Below are positions 24,017-32,952 of a DNA stretch of 32,952 nucleotides, one piece after another (position 1 is the stretch's first letter; each line of letters starts with the position of its first letter). Made by a program: the position numbers and the translations under genes. Source of the DNA: Eubacteriales bacterium (GTDB lineage: Bacteria; Bacillota; Clostridia; Oscillospirales; CAG-272); NCBI GenBank assembly GCA_045593345.1, contig JAZNWM010000089.1, positions 1 through 32,952 of the forward strand. Direction: 5' to 3'. Below the pieces are notes generated by a model. The model saw only the letters and a program-made list of their open reading frames with translations. It searched no databases and was not told the origin of the DNA.

Positions 24017-24550
24017 ATGCTGGTCACAAAGGACTATAACAGAGAAAACGCCGTAGCGTATGCGAGAAAATACGCATTTTCACAAAATTCGCTATTCGGA
24101 AATTTTGCGGGAATAGGAGGAAATTGCACCAATTTCACCTCCCAATGCATCTACGCGGGCAGCTGTGAGATGAATTACCGTCCCACCTTCGGCTGGTACT
24201 ACATTTCGCTGGAGGACAGGTCGCCCTCCTGGACAGGAGTGGATTATTTTTACAATTTTATAATAGAAAACGCCGACGTAGGCCCCTTTGGTAGAGTGGC
24301 AAACGCCGACGAGCTTGAGATCGGAGATGTAATACAGCTGGCGAGAGAGGGCGAGGGCTATTATCACTCGCTGCTGGTGGTAGGCTTTGACGGTGAGGAT
24401 ATTCTCGTTGCCGCCCAGACCGACAACGCCTATGCACGACCCCTGTCCACCTATACCTACGATTATTCAAGATATATCAAAATTCTCGGCGTGCGACTGG
24501 AAAGTCCTGATACGACCGACGCCTGCTTTGAGAGGCTTATGCAGGGATAA
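24017..24550 (+). CDS. Putative amidase-domain protein (Amidase_6-like)
   Basis: Start moved to MLVTKDYN (GGAGG 6 nt upstream). YNRENAVAYARKYA, GGNCTNFTSQCIYAG and HSLLVVG motifs. Confidence 0.75.
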   Translation: MLVTKDYNRENAVAYARKYAFSQNSLFGNFAGIGGNCTNFTSQCIYAGSCEMNYRPTFGWYYISLEDRSPSWTGVDYFYNFIIENADVGPFGRVANADELEIGDVIQLAREGEGYYHSLLVVGFDGEDILVAAQTDNAYARPLSTYTYDYSRYIKILGVRLESPDTTDACFERLMQG

Positions 24551-24562
24551 GGATAAAAACAA

Positions 24563-24596
24563 CCGCATTTTGTAAACTATAGCGTACAAAATGCGG
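24563..24596. terminator. Bidirectional terminator
   Basis: CCGCATTTTGTA-N10-TACAAAATGCGG. Confidence 0.8.
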
Positions 24597-24603
24597 CTTT
24601 GTA

Positions 24604-25668
24604 TTAAAGATTAATCTTATTTTCGGTGGTGTAGAGTGCGAGAAGCTCCTGCTTCTTTTCCTCAATCTCATCCTTCATACGCTGAAGCTCCTCGGGGGAG
24701 AAGCCGTCAAGATCGCCCTCGGCAAGCTTACCCTTATACATCTTATCAATGACGTGGGAGTATGCAATATCAACCGAGCAGATATCACCGTTACGCTCGC
24801 AGATAACCTTGTTGGAGTTGCCGCGAAGTATCTCCTCTACGGCGTAGACGCCCATCTTGGACGCCAGAACTCTGTCCTTCAGGGTGGGGTTACCGCCTCT
24901 TACGATGTGGGCAAGGCGGGCAAACTTTGTCTCAACGCCCGTATCGGTCTGAATCTTCTTTGCAAGAGCGGGGGCATAATCTGCTCCAACGCCCTCTGAC
25001 ACGATAACGATGAAATTACGCTTACCGAGCTCGCGTGCCCTCTTTATTTTCTTACAGATATTATCATCGCTGTGGGGGAACTCGGGAACTACTACCGCGG
25101 TTGCACCCGACGCGATGGCCGTATTAAGTGCAATATCACCCGCACCGCGTCCCATAACCTCAACCACGTTGCATCTGGCGTGAGATTCGCAGGTATCACG
25201 AAGCTTGTCGACAAGCTCGATTACCGTATTCATCGCGGTATCAAAGCCGATGGTGTTATCGGTGGAGGTAATATCATTATCAATGGTAGCGGGAATACCA
25301 ATACAGGGAATACCCTCCTCGGTAAGCCTGGTAGCACCCTGGAAGGTACCGTCACCGCCAATGCAGATAATACCGTCAATACCAAGCTTATGACAGTTCT
25401 CAATACCCCTTGCTCTTACCTCTGCCTCCTTGAACTCGGGACAGCGGTCGGAGTAAAGAATAGTACCGCCCTTATTTATAACGTTGGATACGTCTCTTAC
25501 CGACATAGGCCTGATGTCGCCCTCAATAAGTCCCGAATAGCCGCGGTATATAGCCATAACCTCAACACCGCGTGTGAGGGCTGTACGGCATACTGCTCTT
25601 ACCGCCGCATTCATTCCGGGAGCATCGCCGCCGGAGGTAAGAATTCCAATCCTTTTTATTTCACTCAT
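24604..25668 (-). CDS. pfkA: ATP-dependent 6-phosphofructokinase
   Basis: Start moved to MSEIKRIGILTSGGDAPGMNAA. GGDGT, PATIDND and MGR motifs. About 35-aa coiled C-terminal extension. Confidence 0.93.
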   Translation of the reverse strand: MSEIKRIGILTSGGDAPGMNAAVRAVCRTALTRGVEVMAIYRGYSGLIEGDIRPMSVRDVSNVINKGGTILYSDRCPEFKEAEVRARGIENCHKLGIDGIICIGGDGTFQGATRLTEEGIPCIGIPATIDNDITSTDNTIGFDTAMNTVIELVDKLRDTCESHARCNVVEVMGRGAGDIALNTAIASGATAVVVPEFPHSDDNICKKIKRARELGKRNFIVIVSEGVGADYAPALAKKIQTDTGVETKFARLAHIVRGGNPTLKDRVLASKMGVYAVEEILRGNSNKVICERNGDICSVDIAYSHVIDKMYKGKLAEGDLDGFSPEELQRMKDEIEEKKQELLALYTTENKINL

Positions 25669-25876
25669 CTTAAGAATCCTCGCTGATAAAAGTTTAACTA
25701 TGCTATTATACAACACTTTTTCAAATTTATCAATCCCAAATCTTGCTTTTTTCAAAAATTTTTGTAAAATAATTTACTCCCGTGGTAAAAAGGGCTGTAA
25801 AAATTGCGACAAAAACGCCCCTTTCTTGCAAAACAATACTTTTTGAACAAAAAATATTAAATTATTTGCATAATTA

Positions 25877-25905
25877 TTGACAAATCAGTCAAATAATGAT
25901 ATAAT
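25877..25905 (+). promoter_or_regulatory. Promoter of the MGS-like gene
   Basis: TTGACA-17 nt-TATAAT. Confidence 0.7.
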
Positions 25906-25965
25906 ATTTTAGAATTTTACGGACATTTGATAAAAATTCATTTTTTAGAGATTGGAGAGTGTAAA

Positions 25966-26403
25966 ATGGAAATAGCACTTATTGCAGACGACAACAAAAA
26001 AGAGCTTCTGGCACAGTTTTGCATCGCGTATTGCGGAATTCTGAGCCGTCATCATATATGTGCCACCCACACGACCGGCAGCTACGTTTCTGACGCTACC
26101 GGACTTGAGATAGAAAATTATATGCCCGGCTCGGGCGGCGGACTTGAGCAGATCAACTCAAGAATCTCCTACAACGAGATCGACCTGGTCTTCTATTTCA
26201 GAAGCACCAACGTTGCCAAGGAGCCTACCGAGGCAGAGCAGGATCTCTTCCGTCTTTGCGACGTAAACAACATCCCTCTCGCTACCAACATCGCTACCGC
26301 CGAGGTTCTCGTTACCGCACTTGATGCGGGCAGCTTCGACTGGCGTGAATTCATCAACCCCAGAAGTGCATACAACCAGAGAAAGAGGGCACTTAATAAA
26401 TAA
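25966..26403 (+). CDS. Methylglyoxal synthase-like (MGS-like domain) protein
   Basis: Start moved to MEIALIADD (RBS GGAGAG). Collinear with E. coli MgsA (IALvAhD..K, ATgTTG, IDlvfyF, NIPlATN). Confidence 0.8.
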   Translation: MEIALIADDNKKELLAQFCIAYCGILSRHHICATHTTGSYVSDATGLEIENYMPGSGGGLEQINSRISYNEIDLVFYFRSTNVAKEPTEAEQDLFRLCDVNNIPLATNIATAEVLVTALDAGSFDWREFINPRSAYNQRKRALNK

Positions 26404-26473
26404 TCGGCTAAAACGGAGGCTTTGTCCCATTTTGGGTTTTTGCCTTCCGTTTTTGTCTTTATAGAGGTACTGA

Positions 26474-26917
26474 ATGATTGACAAGGTAAAGCTTAAAATT
26501 GAATCAACCATAGAGGATCTTAACGAGGCGGGGCTTCCCGAGGGTGATATTGAGCGTGACGCAATTGAGGCCGATGGCTTCTATCGCTATGACGGCGGGA
26601 ATATTCATCTCAGCTACAGCGAGGAGCGTGAGGGCGGCAGGATTCGCACCGAGATCATTTCGGCGGGCGGCTCACTGCGGGTCATTCGCAGCGGTGCGGT
26701 GGAGAGCAATATGTATTTTTCCGAAGGTGAGAGTCACAGCTCGGTATACACCATCACCCCATACAGCCTTGACGCCGACGTGCATACCCGACGTATCAGA
26801 ATGGAGCTTAACGAAGAGGGTGGAAAAATAGACCTTCTTTACAATATAAAAATAGGTGGTGCCGACAGATCGGCAAGAATGAAAATATGGATATCCAAGC
26901 CTTCAAGTCAGAACTGA
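26474..26917 (+). CDS. DUF1934 (YwiB-like beta-barrel) protein
   Basis: Size and pattern (G.Y.y.....i.Y.E......t.i.......v.R.G...s.m.F..G....s.Y.T.....l.v.T..i......G.i.l.Y.i) match my memory of DUF1934. Confidence 0.65.
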   Translation: MIDKVKLKIESTIEDLNEAGLPEGDIERDAIEADGFYRYDGGNIHLSYSEEREGGRIRTEIISAGGSLRVIRSGAVESNMYFSEGESHSSVYTITPYSLDADVHTRRIRMELNEEGGKIDLLYNIKIGGADRSARMKIWISKPSSQN

Positions 26918-27915
26918 AAAGCGGAAAGCCCGGCGGAATATATCTCTTCACAGGCGAGGAGGATTATCTTGTCAGATATTACCTGAAATCCCTGCGTGAG
27001 AGCATTGTGGGTGACGAGGCCTTCGCAGTATTCAACAACCCCGTCTTCGACGGCGAGGAGGTTGATTTTGCGGCTATTACCGAGGCGGTGAAGGCTCCTC
27101 CGATGATGAGCGACTACAAGCTTATCGAGTGGCGGCACGCCAGCTTTCTCAAGCTTAACGAGAGCGAATGCGTAGCCCTTGAGGAGCTTATCGATGCCTG
27201 CATCGAGCACCCTGAGTCCATAGTAGCGTTTACCGCAGACGACGAGTGTATTGATTTCGGCACGCCGAAGCGTCCGTCGCCATTCATAAAACGCTTTGAT
27301 AGTAAAATTAAAATATTAAGATTTGAAAAATCAACCGAGAACCAGCTTTACGCCTGGTTAAAGAAGCACTTCAATGCACAGGGCGTTGAGGTTGGTCTTG
27401 ATACGGTGAAGGCTCTCGTCTTCCGCTCGGGCAGGTCTATGGACGTGCTGGTGGGCGAGGTCGACAAGCTATGTGCCCTTGCACTCTCCCGAGGCAAGAG
27501 CGTGGTAACGCCCGAGGACGTCAGCGAGGTTGCCTCCTCTACTCCCGAGTGCGATACCTTCGCCCTCTCCAACGCCATCCTTGACAGAAGCAAGCCCAGG
27601 GCATACCTCGCCCTTGAGGAGATGAAGCAGCGGCGTGTGGACTACACGGTAATAATGTCTATGGTGGCAAGAACCTTTGACGATCTTTGTGCGGTGTCCC
27701 ACCTGCTTGACGAGGGACTAAGTGCCAATGAGATCGAGGAGAGGCTCTCGATGAACAAATACAAGCTTAAAATGTATATCTCCGCGGCGAAGCGGTACGG
27801 CACCGAGAGGCTGAATGAAATAATATGCGATCTTGCCAGAGCCGACGCAGGCTCGAAATACGGCGGTGTGACGGGCTACTGTGCCGTCGAGCTGTTCATT
27901 TCGCGAAATCTCTGA
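26887..27915 (+). CDS. holA: DNA polymerase III delta subunit
   Basis: N-terminus ...LKSGKPGGIYLFTGEEDYLV is the typical HolA opening. About 340 aa. 31-nt overlap with the upstream CDS. Confidence 0.8.
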   Translation: MDIQAFKSELKSGKPGGIYLFTGEEDYLVRYYLKSLRESIVGDEAFAVFNNPVFDGEEVDFAAITEAVKAPPMMSDYKLIEWRHASFLKLNESECVALEELIDACIEHPESIVAFTADDECIDFGTPKRPSPFIKRFDSKIKILRFEKSTENQLYAWLKKHFNAQGVEVGLDTVKALVFRSGRSMDVLVGEVDKLCALALSRGKSVVTPEDVSEVASSTPECDTFALSNAILDRSKPRAYLALEEMKQRRVDYTVIMSMVARTFDDLCAVSHLLDEGLSANEIEERLSMNKYKLKMYISAAKRYGTERLNEIICDLARADAGSKYGGVTGYCAVELFISRNL

Positions 27916-27961
27916 TAACTATATCTATTTGAAAAACATAAACCGAAAGGAAACTAAAAAT

Positions 27962-28699
27962 ATGAAAAGAACACTCAGTCTGATCCTTGCGATCACGCTT
28001 ATTTTCAGCTGCCTTGCCTGCCTCAGCTCCTGCGGCAAGGAGAAGATGGGCACAGGAGCCTGCGAATATCTTGAGAGCCGCGATATTTCCGGACGAGATA
28101 TAAAGTACGTTGAGATCTGTATCAAGGGCTACGGCAGAATGGTGGTTCTCCTTGACGCCACCACCGCACCCGTCACCGTAGAGAACTTTATAAGCCTCGC
28201 CGAGAGCGGATTCTATGACGGACTTACCTTCCACAGAATTATCGGTGACTTTATGATCCAGGGCGGCGATCCAGATGCCAACGGCAGGGGCGGCAACAAG
28301 GATAAGGACGGCAACGAGATCAATATCAAGGGCGAGTTTGCCTCCAACGGTCATCAAAACGACATCAGCCACAAGTACGGCGTTATCTCTATGGCACGCT
28401 CGAGCGAGCCCGACTCTGCCTCCAGCCAGTTCTTCATCTGCAACGCCGACGCATCAAGCTCGCTTGACGGCAACTACGCCGCATTCGGCTACGTTGTAGA
28501 GGGACTCAGCGTGGTTGACGAGGTGACGCGGGACTTCTTCCCCAAGACCGACTACTATGAATATTACGCACAGTATATGCTCACAGGCGAGCCCACCTAC
28601 TATTATTACTGGAATATGTATGGCAACGGTGCCATCTCCGACAAGGACGATCAGCCGGTTATCAAGTATATCAAGGTTCTTGACTCCTGGGAAAAGTAA
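27962..28699 (+). CDS. Cyclophilin-type peptidyl-prolyl isomerase lipoprotein
   Basis: Start moved to MKRTLSLILAITLIFSCLACLSSC. Motifs FHRIIGDFMIQGGDP and SMARS...DSASSQFFI. Confidence 0.9.
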   Translation: MKRTLSLILAITLIFSCLACLSSCGKEKMGTGACEYLESRDISGRDIKYVEICIKGYGRMVVLLDATTAPVTVENFISLAESGFYDGLTFHRIIGDFMIQGGDPDANGRGGNKDKDGNEINIKGEFASNGHQNDISHKYGVISMARSSEPDSASSQFFICNADASSSLDGNYAAFGYVVEGLSVVDEVTRDFFPKTDYYEYYAQYMLTGEPTYYYYWNMYGNGAISDKDDQPVIKYIKVLDSWEK

Positions 28700-28717
28700 T
28701 CCGAAGGTGTAGCCCCA

Positions 28718-29725
28718 ATGAGCAAGCTTTACATTCCCGAAAACTACAAATCGCCAATGGACCTTTACAGAACGCAGAAGGCGATTTCATTCATAAAGCA
28801 GACCTTCCAGATAAAACTTGCCGAGGCACTTAATCTGAAGCGTGTGTCCGCTCCCCTCTTCGTTACCGAGTCATCAGGCCTTAACGACAACCTTAACGGC
28901 ACCGAGCGTCCCGTAGCCTTTGACGTGCCTGCGGTGGGCGAGAGCGTTCAGGTGGTTCACTCGCTGGCAAAATGGAAGCGTCTTGCCCTTCACGAATACC
29001 ATTTCTACGTTGGCAACGGCCTTTACACCGATATGAACGCCATAAGGCGTGACGAGGAGCTTGACAACATCCACTCCATCTACGTCGACCAATGGGACTG
29101 GGAGAAGGTTATCACAAGAGAGGACAGGACTCTCGACTATCTGAAGGAGATAGCACAGAAAATAGTAAACGTTATCTGCGACACGAACGATCTGCTTCGG
29201 GTGGATTTTCCCGAGCTGAATGCAGAGCTTTGCCGCGATATGTACGCCATAACCACCTCCGAGCTTGAGGATATGTACCCTGATCTGACACCGAAGGAGC
29301 GTGAGGACGCCATCACGAAGAAGCACCGTACCGTACTGCTTATGCAGATCGGTGGCAGGCTGAAGAGCGGCAAGCCTCACGACGGGCGTGCCCCCGACTA
29401 TGACGACTGGTCGCTGAACGGCGATATCCTCTTCTATAACGACACCCTGGGGCGTGCATTTGAAATTTCCTCAATGGGTATCCGCGTGGACGCCGAGTCG
29501 CTTGACCGCCAGCTTACCGAGCGTGACTGCGACGACAGACGCTCGCTTCCCTTCCACAAGATGCTGCTGGCAGGAGAGCTGCCCCTGACCGTCGGCGGCG
29601 GTATCGGTCAATCAAGACTCTGTATGCTTATGATGGGCTCCGCCCATATCGGTGAGGTGCAGTCCTCAATTTGGGATAAGGAAACCGTCGAGGGCTGTAA
29701 AGCCGCAGGAATAAAGCTATTGTAA
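28718..29725 (+). CDS. asnA: Aspartate--ammonia ligase
   Basis: Collinear with E. coli AsnA: VVHSLAKWKR, YVDQWDWE, RAPDYDDW, LNGDIL, SSMGIRVD, GGGIGQSRL. Confidence 0.92.
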   Translation: MSKLYIPENYKSPMDLYRTQKAISFIKQTFQIKLAEALNLKRVSAPLFVTESSGLNDNLNGTERPVAFDVPAVGESVQVVHSLAKWKRLALHEYHFYVGNGLYTDMNAIRRDEELDNIHSIYVDQWDWEKVITREDRTLDYLKEIAQKIVNVICDTNDLLRVDFPELNAELCRDMYAITTSELEDMYPDLTPKEREDAITKKHRTVLLMQIGGRLKSGKPHDGRAPDYDDWSLNGDILFYNDTLGRAFEISSMGIRVDAESLDRQLTERDCDDRRSLPFHKMLLAGELPLTVGGGIGQSRLCMLMMGSAHIGEVQSSIWDKETVEGCKAAGIKLL

Positions 29726-29757
29726 TATTTCACTATTTACAGTAATATAACACAACG

Positions 29758-29789
29758 CAAAAAAGCGACTCATCCGAGCCGCTTTTTTT
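29758..29789. terminator. Bidirectional terminator between convergent asnA and pyrB
   Basis: AGCGACTC-ATCC-GAGCCGCT flanked by A6 and T7. Confidence 0.7.
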
Positions 29790-29823
29790 AATTCCGAATT
29801 CTGCATTCTGAATTCTGCATTCT

Positions 29824-30879
29824 TTAAATGTACTGATCGCAATACACGCACTTGCCGTATTCGTCGAAGAAGCGTTTTACGCCACGCTCGGTGCGGCTGA
29901 TGCAATGGGGATTCTGACAGACCACACCGATCCTCTCCTCGCCGTCAAGGCGGCGATCATCAACACCCTTCGTGCCGAGAAGCATAAGGATAAGGGCCAT
30001 ACGTATGTATCTGCCGTACATCGCCTGGTCAAAGTAATCCGCCCTGGGATCATCATCCACGTCCACGTTGATCTCGGTCACGCGGGGCAGCGGATGCATT
30101 ATGGAAAGATCCTCCTTCGCCATAATAAGCTTTGATGCGGTAAGCTCGTAGGAGTCCTTCAGCCGCTCGTATTCCTCACGCGACTCAAAACGCTCGGCCT
30201 GGATCCTTGTCATATAGAGAATATCCAGGGAGGGAATTGCACTCTCAAGATTCTCGGTCTCCACGTACTCACAGCCGCCCGTAAAGAGGTGATCGTCCTT
30301 CACGTAATCGGGGAGAGTAAGCTCCTCGGGCGAGATAAGCACGAAGCGGACGTTGTCATATCTTGACATCGCCGCAATAAGCGAATGCACCGTTCTGCCA
30401 TACTTAAGGTCGCCGCAGACACCGATAACAAGGTTGTCGAAGCGGCCCTTTTTCTTATATATGGTAAGCAGGTCGGTAAGCGTCTGGGTAGGATGAAAAT
30501 GACCGCCGTCGCCTGCATTGATGACGGGAACGGTGGCAACGCGGCTGGCAACCACGGGGGCACCCTCCTTCGGATGTCGCATAGCGATAATATCCGAGTA
30601 CGCACTTACCATCCTGACGGTATCCGCAACCGTCTCACCCTTCGCGACAGAGGAGGAGCCCGCCTGATCAAAGCCGAGCACCTGACCGCCGAGGCTCATC
30701 ATAGCCGAGGTGAAGGACAGACGCGTCCTGGTAGACGGCTCAAAGAACAGAGCACCGAGTATCTTACCCTTACAGCTCTCGGAATAGAGGTCGGGATGCT
30801 CCATTATATCGGATGCAAGACGTACAAGACCCAAAATCTCGTCGGTCGTCAGATCAAGAATATTTACAAGGTTTCTCAT
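29824..30879 (-). CDS. pyrB: Aspartate carbamoyltransferase catalytic chain with a fused PyrI-type Zn-domain tail
   Basis: FFEPSTRTRLSF, HPTQ and HPLPR motifs. The C-terminal ~45 aa, VCQNPHCIS....KCVYC, matches the CxNxxCI(S/T)...CxYC Zn motif of PyrI. Confidence 0.88.
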   Translation of the reverse strand: MRNLVNILDLTTDEILGLVRLASDIMEHPDLYSESCKGKILGALFFEPSTRTRLSFTSAMMSLGGQVLGFDQAGSSSVAKGETVADTVRMVSAYSDIIAMRHPKEGAPVVASRVATVPVINAGDGGHFHPTQTLTDLLTIYKKKGRFDNLVIGVCGDLKYGRTVHSLIAAMSRYDNVRFVLISPEELTLPDYVKDDHLFTGGCEYVETENLESAIPSLDILYMTRIQAERFESREEYERLKDSYELTASKLIMAKEDLSIMHPLPRVTEINVDVDDDPRADYFDQAMYGRYIRMALILMLLGTKGVDDRRLDGEERIGVVCQNPHCISRTERGVKRFFDEYGKCVYCDQYI

Positions 30880-30942
30880 ATTTTACAGCTCCCTGCTAAC
30901 CAAAGTTTACAAAATGCGTTATATTTACCGAATATATAGCTT

Positions 30943-31596
30943 TTATTTCGCACCCCAAACGGTGAGGTAGCTCTTGATACGCTCAACGTTCTCGGTATTC
31001 TTCTCATCCTCCGAGAGATACTCGATAATATCGTACACGTCAACCACCGAGTATACGGGGAAGCCAAACTCCTCGCCAACCTCTGCCATAGCAGACTTCT
31101 CACCCTTGCCACGCTCCTTACGGTCAACCATAACGAAGGTCGCAATAACCTTAGTACCCTCAAGAGAGGAGAGTATCTCCATACTCTCGCGGATAGCCGT
31201 TCCTGCGGTGATAACGTCCTCAACGATAACGATCTCCTCGCCTGCCTGGGGCTTGTAGCCTACGAAAACACCGCCCTCGCCGTGATCCTTCGCCTCCTTA
31301 CGGTTGAAGAAGAAGGGAAGATCGAGTCCCTGCTTCGACAGACCGACAGCGGCAGAAACCGCGATAGAAATACCCTTGTATGCGGGACCGTAAAGCACAG
31401 CTCTCTTATTGCCAACCTTCTCAAGATATGCCTTCGCATAGAACTCGCCGAGCTTTGCGATCTGGTCGCCCGTCTTGATCTCGCCCGCGTTGATGAAATA
31501 GGGTATCTTTCTGCCGCTCTTCGCGGTGAAATCACCGAACTTAAGCACGCCCGCACCCTCTAAAAACTGTATAAATTCTCTTTTATAGCCTTCCAT
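30943..31596 (-). CDS. pyrE: Orotate phosphoribosyltransferase
   Basis: Start moved to MEGYKREFIQF (RBS GAGGAA). FKSGRK-like FTAKSGRKIPYF. PRPP loop IVIVEDVITAGTA. Confidence 0.9.
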   Translation of the reverse strand: MEGYKREFIQFLEGAGVLKFGDFTAKSGRKIPYFINAGEIKTGDQIAKLGEFYAKAYLEKVGNKRAVLYGPAYKGISIAVSAAVGLSKQGLDLPFFFNRKEAKDHGEGGVFVGYKPQAGEEIVIVEDVITAGTAIRESMEILSSLEGTKVIATFVMVDRKERGKGEKSAMAEVGEEFGFPVYSVVDVYDIIEYLSEDEKNTENVERIKSYLTVWGAK

Positions 31597-31597
31597 T

Positions 31598-31846
31598 TTA
31601 TTCCTCGCCTTTCTCTTTCTTATCAAAAACTATAAACGCCACCAGCAGAGTGACTATGCTGCCGAATATGAACAGCACGCCAAGATTACCGATGAGGTCG
31701 GCAACAAAGGGCTTGCCCGCCTCGGGCTGCCAGACGAGAGTAATGCCCTCGTCGGTGACGAAATGATAAAAGAAATAGTTAATAATAAACACTGCGACAG
31801 CGATAATTCCCTGCCAGAGTGATAGCTTCAAAAGTCGCTCTCTCAT
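31598..31846 (-). CDS. Small two-TM membrane protein embedded in the pyr cluster
   Basis: Start taken at MRERLLKL, which overlaps the pyrF stop (TGATG). Its stop lies 1 nt before the pyrE ATG. Two hydrophobic helices. Confidence 0.5.
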   Translation of the reverse strand: MRERLLKLSLWQGIIAVAVFIINYFFYHFVTDEGITLVWQPEAGKPFVADLIGNLGVLFIFGSIVTLLVAFIVFDKKEKGEE

Positions 31847-32544
31847 CAGCCGATAAACTCCCTGCAGCATCTTTCGTACGCGGCAACGGGATCCTCTGCA
31901 GCGGTGATAGGTCTGCCCACGACGATATAATCAGAGCCTATTCTGTTAGCCTCGGCGGGAGTCATAACACGCTTCTGGTCGCCAACGTCACCGTCGGCAA
32001 AGCGTACACCGGGAGTGACGGTCACGAAATCCCTGCCACAGCTGTCGTGTACCTTGCCTGCCTCGAGGGGTGAGCAAACCACACCGTCAAGTCCCGCCTC
32101 CTTGGCACAGGCTGCATAGTGCATAACGACCTTATCAATAGGCTCCTTAATGAGCAGATCGTTTTCCATACTCTCCTGGTCGGTGGAGGTAAGCTGGGTT
32201 ACCGCAATAAGAATGGGACGGCTGCCGTCAGGTCTGGTAAGTCCCTCTATTGCCGCCTGCATCATTCTCTTGGTGCCCGCCGCGTGAAGATTTGTCATAT
32301 CAACGTCAAGCCTTGACAGCACCGCCATTCCCTTCTTAACCGTGTTAGGAATGTCGTGAAGCTTAAGATCGAGGAATATCTTGTGTCCTCTCCTCTTGAT
32401 CTCCCTTACGATAGAGGGGCCCTCGGCATAGTAAAGCTCCATACCGATCTTCACAAAGGGCTTTCTGTCTGTGAACTTGTCAAGAAAAGCAAATGTTTTC
32501 TCCGCACTGTCAAAATCGCAGGCGATAATTACGTCCTTTCCCAT
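31846..32544 (-). CDS. pyrF: Orotidine 5'-phosphate decarboxylase
   Basis: [29 protein letters not shown] and VVGRPI motifs; RBS AAGGAG. Confidence 0.92.
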   Translation of the reverse strand: MGKDVIIACDFDSAEKTFAFLDKFTDRKPFVKIGMELYYAEGPSIVREIKRRGHKIFLDLKLHDIPNTVKKGMAVLSRLDVDMTNLHAAGTKRMMQAAIEGLTRPDGSRPILIAVTQLTSTDQESMENDLLIKEPIDKVVMHYAACAKEAGLDGVVCSPLEAGKVHDSCGRDFVTVTPGVRFADGDVGDQKRVMTPAEANRIGSDYIVVGRPITAAEDPVAAYERCCREFIG

Positions 32545-32570
32545 TTCTGATCTCCTTTATTTAAAAATTA

Positions 32571-32952
<382 letters not shown>

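Noticed and set aside
25072-25686. 204-aa plus-strand ORF
   Set aside because: It is antisense to pfkA, so it is a shadow ORF.
29796-29823. 14-bp tandem duplication gaattctgcattct x2 directly after the pyrB stop
   Set aside because: It is real but minimal: two copies in the spacer before the shared terminator. There is no evidence of function beyond a slippage duplication.
30385-30939. 184-aa plus-strand ORF, and the 30876-31223 minus-strand ORF
   Set aside because: They overlap pyrB/pyrE in the wrong frame or strand. The Arg/Ser-rich translations are typical of off-frame reading.

Overview
This window looks like a Gram-positive, Clostridia-like chromosome. The evidence is AGGAGG-type ribosome binding sites (RBS), TTGACA-17-TATAAT promoters and many L-x-x-C lipobox signal peptides. 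It splits into two parts.

(1) Positions ~364-14237 read as a decayed, mosaic genomic island lodged against the 3' end of a tRNA(CAT) gene. A partial copy of the tRNA 3' end lies at 347-363. A 115-nt direct repeat occurs at 1-115 and 13825-13939. Duplicated terminator/att-like modules lie at 13979-14235.
- The GC-normal left half is a minus-strand block. It encodes an XRE-type helix-turn-helix (HTH) protein, a membrane-anchored beta-helix protein with a C-terminal LuxR-type HTH, and a TACCC-motif-rich promoter. Downstream is an operon with a Cys-rich protein, lipoproteins, a zinc-ribbon membrane protein and a coiled-coil/DUF6273-like lipoprotein.
- The visibly AT-rich right half carries an orphan 754-aa protein with two IRNxxxH (HEPN-like Rx4H) motifs. 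A divergent array of nine hairpin+ACATCATT units follows it.
- The right half also carries an imperfect inverted repeat around a terminator, a split sigma-like pair, an AlbA_2/Schlafen-type gene and a serine-recombinase C-terminal remnant.

(2) Positions 14238-32952 are mostly housekeeping:
- two divergent tRNAs;
- a metallophosphoesterase and tandem paralogous lipoproteins;
- an AT-rich two-lipoprotein cassette;
- a secreted endonuclease-I family nuclease and an MFS transporter;
- ASCH and amidase-domain proteins;
- pfkA, an MGS-like protein, a DUF1934 protein, holA, a cyclophilin lipoprotein and asnA;
- a minus-strand pyrD(partial)-pyrF-small membrane ORF-pyrE-pyrB cluster.

The best candidates for something undescribed are the dual-HEPN-motif orphan with its adjacent repeat/hairpin array, and the XRE plus membrane-tethered LuxR sensor with its TACCC operator cluster and lipoprotein regulon. 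All domain calls come from motif recognition by eye. No searches were run.
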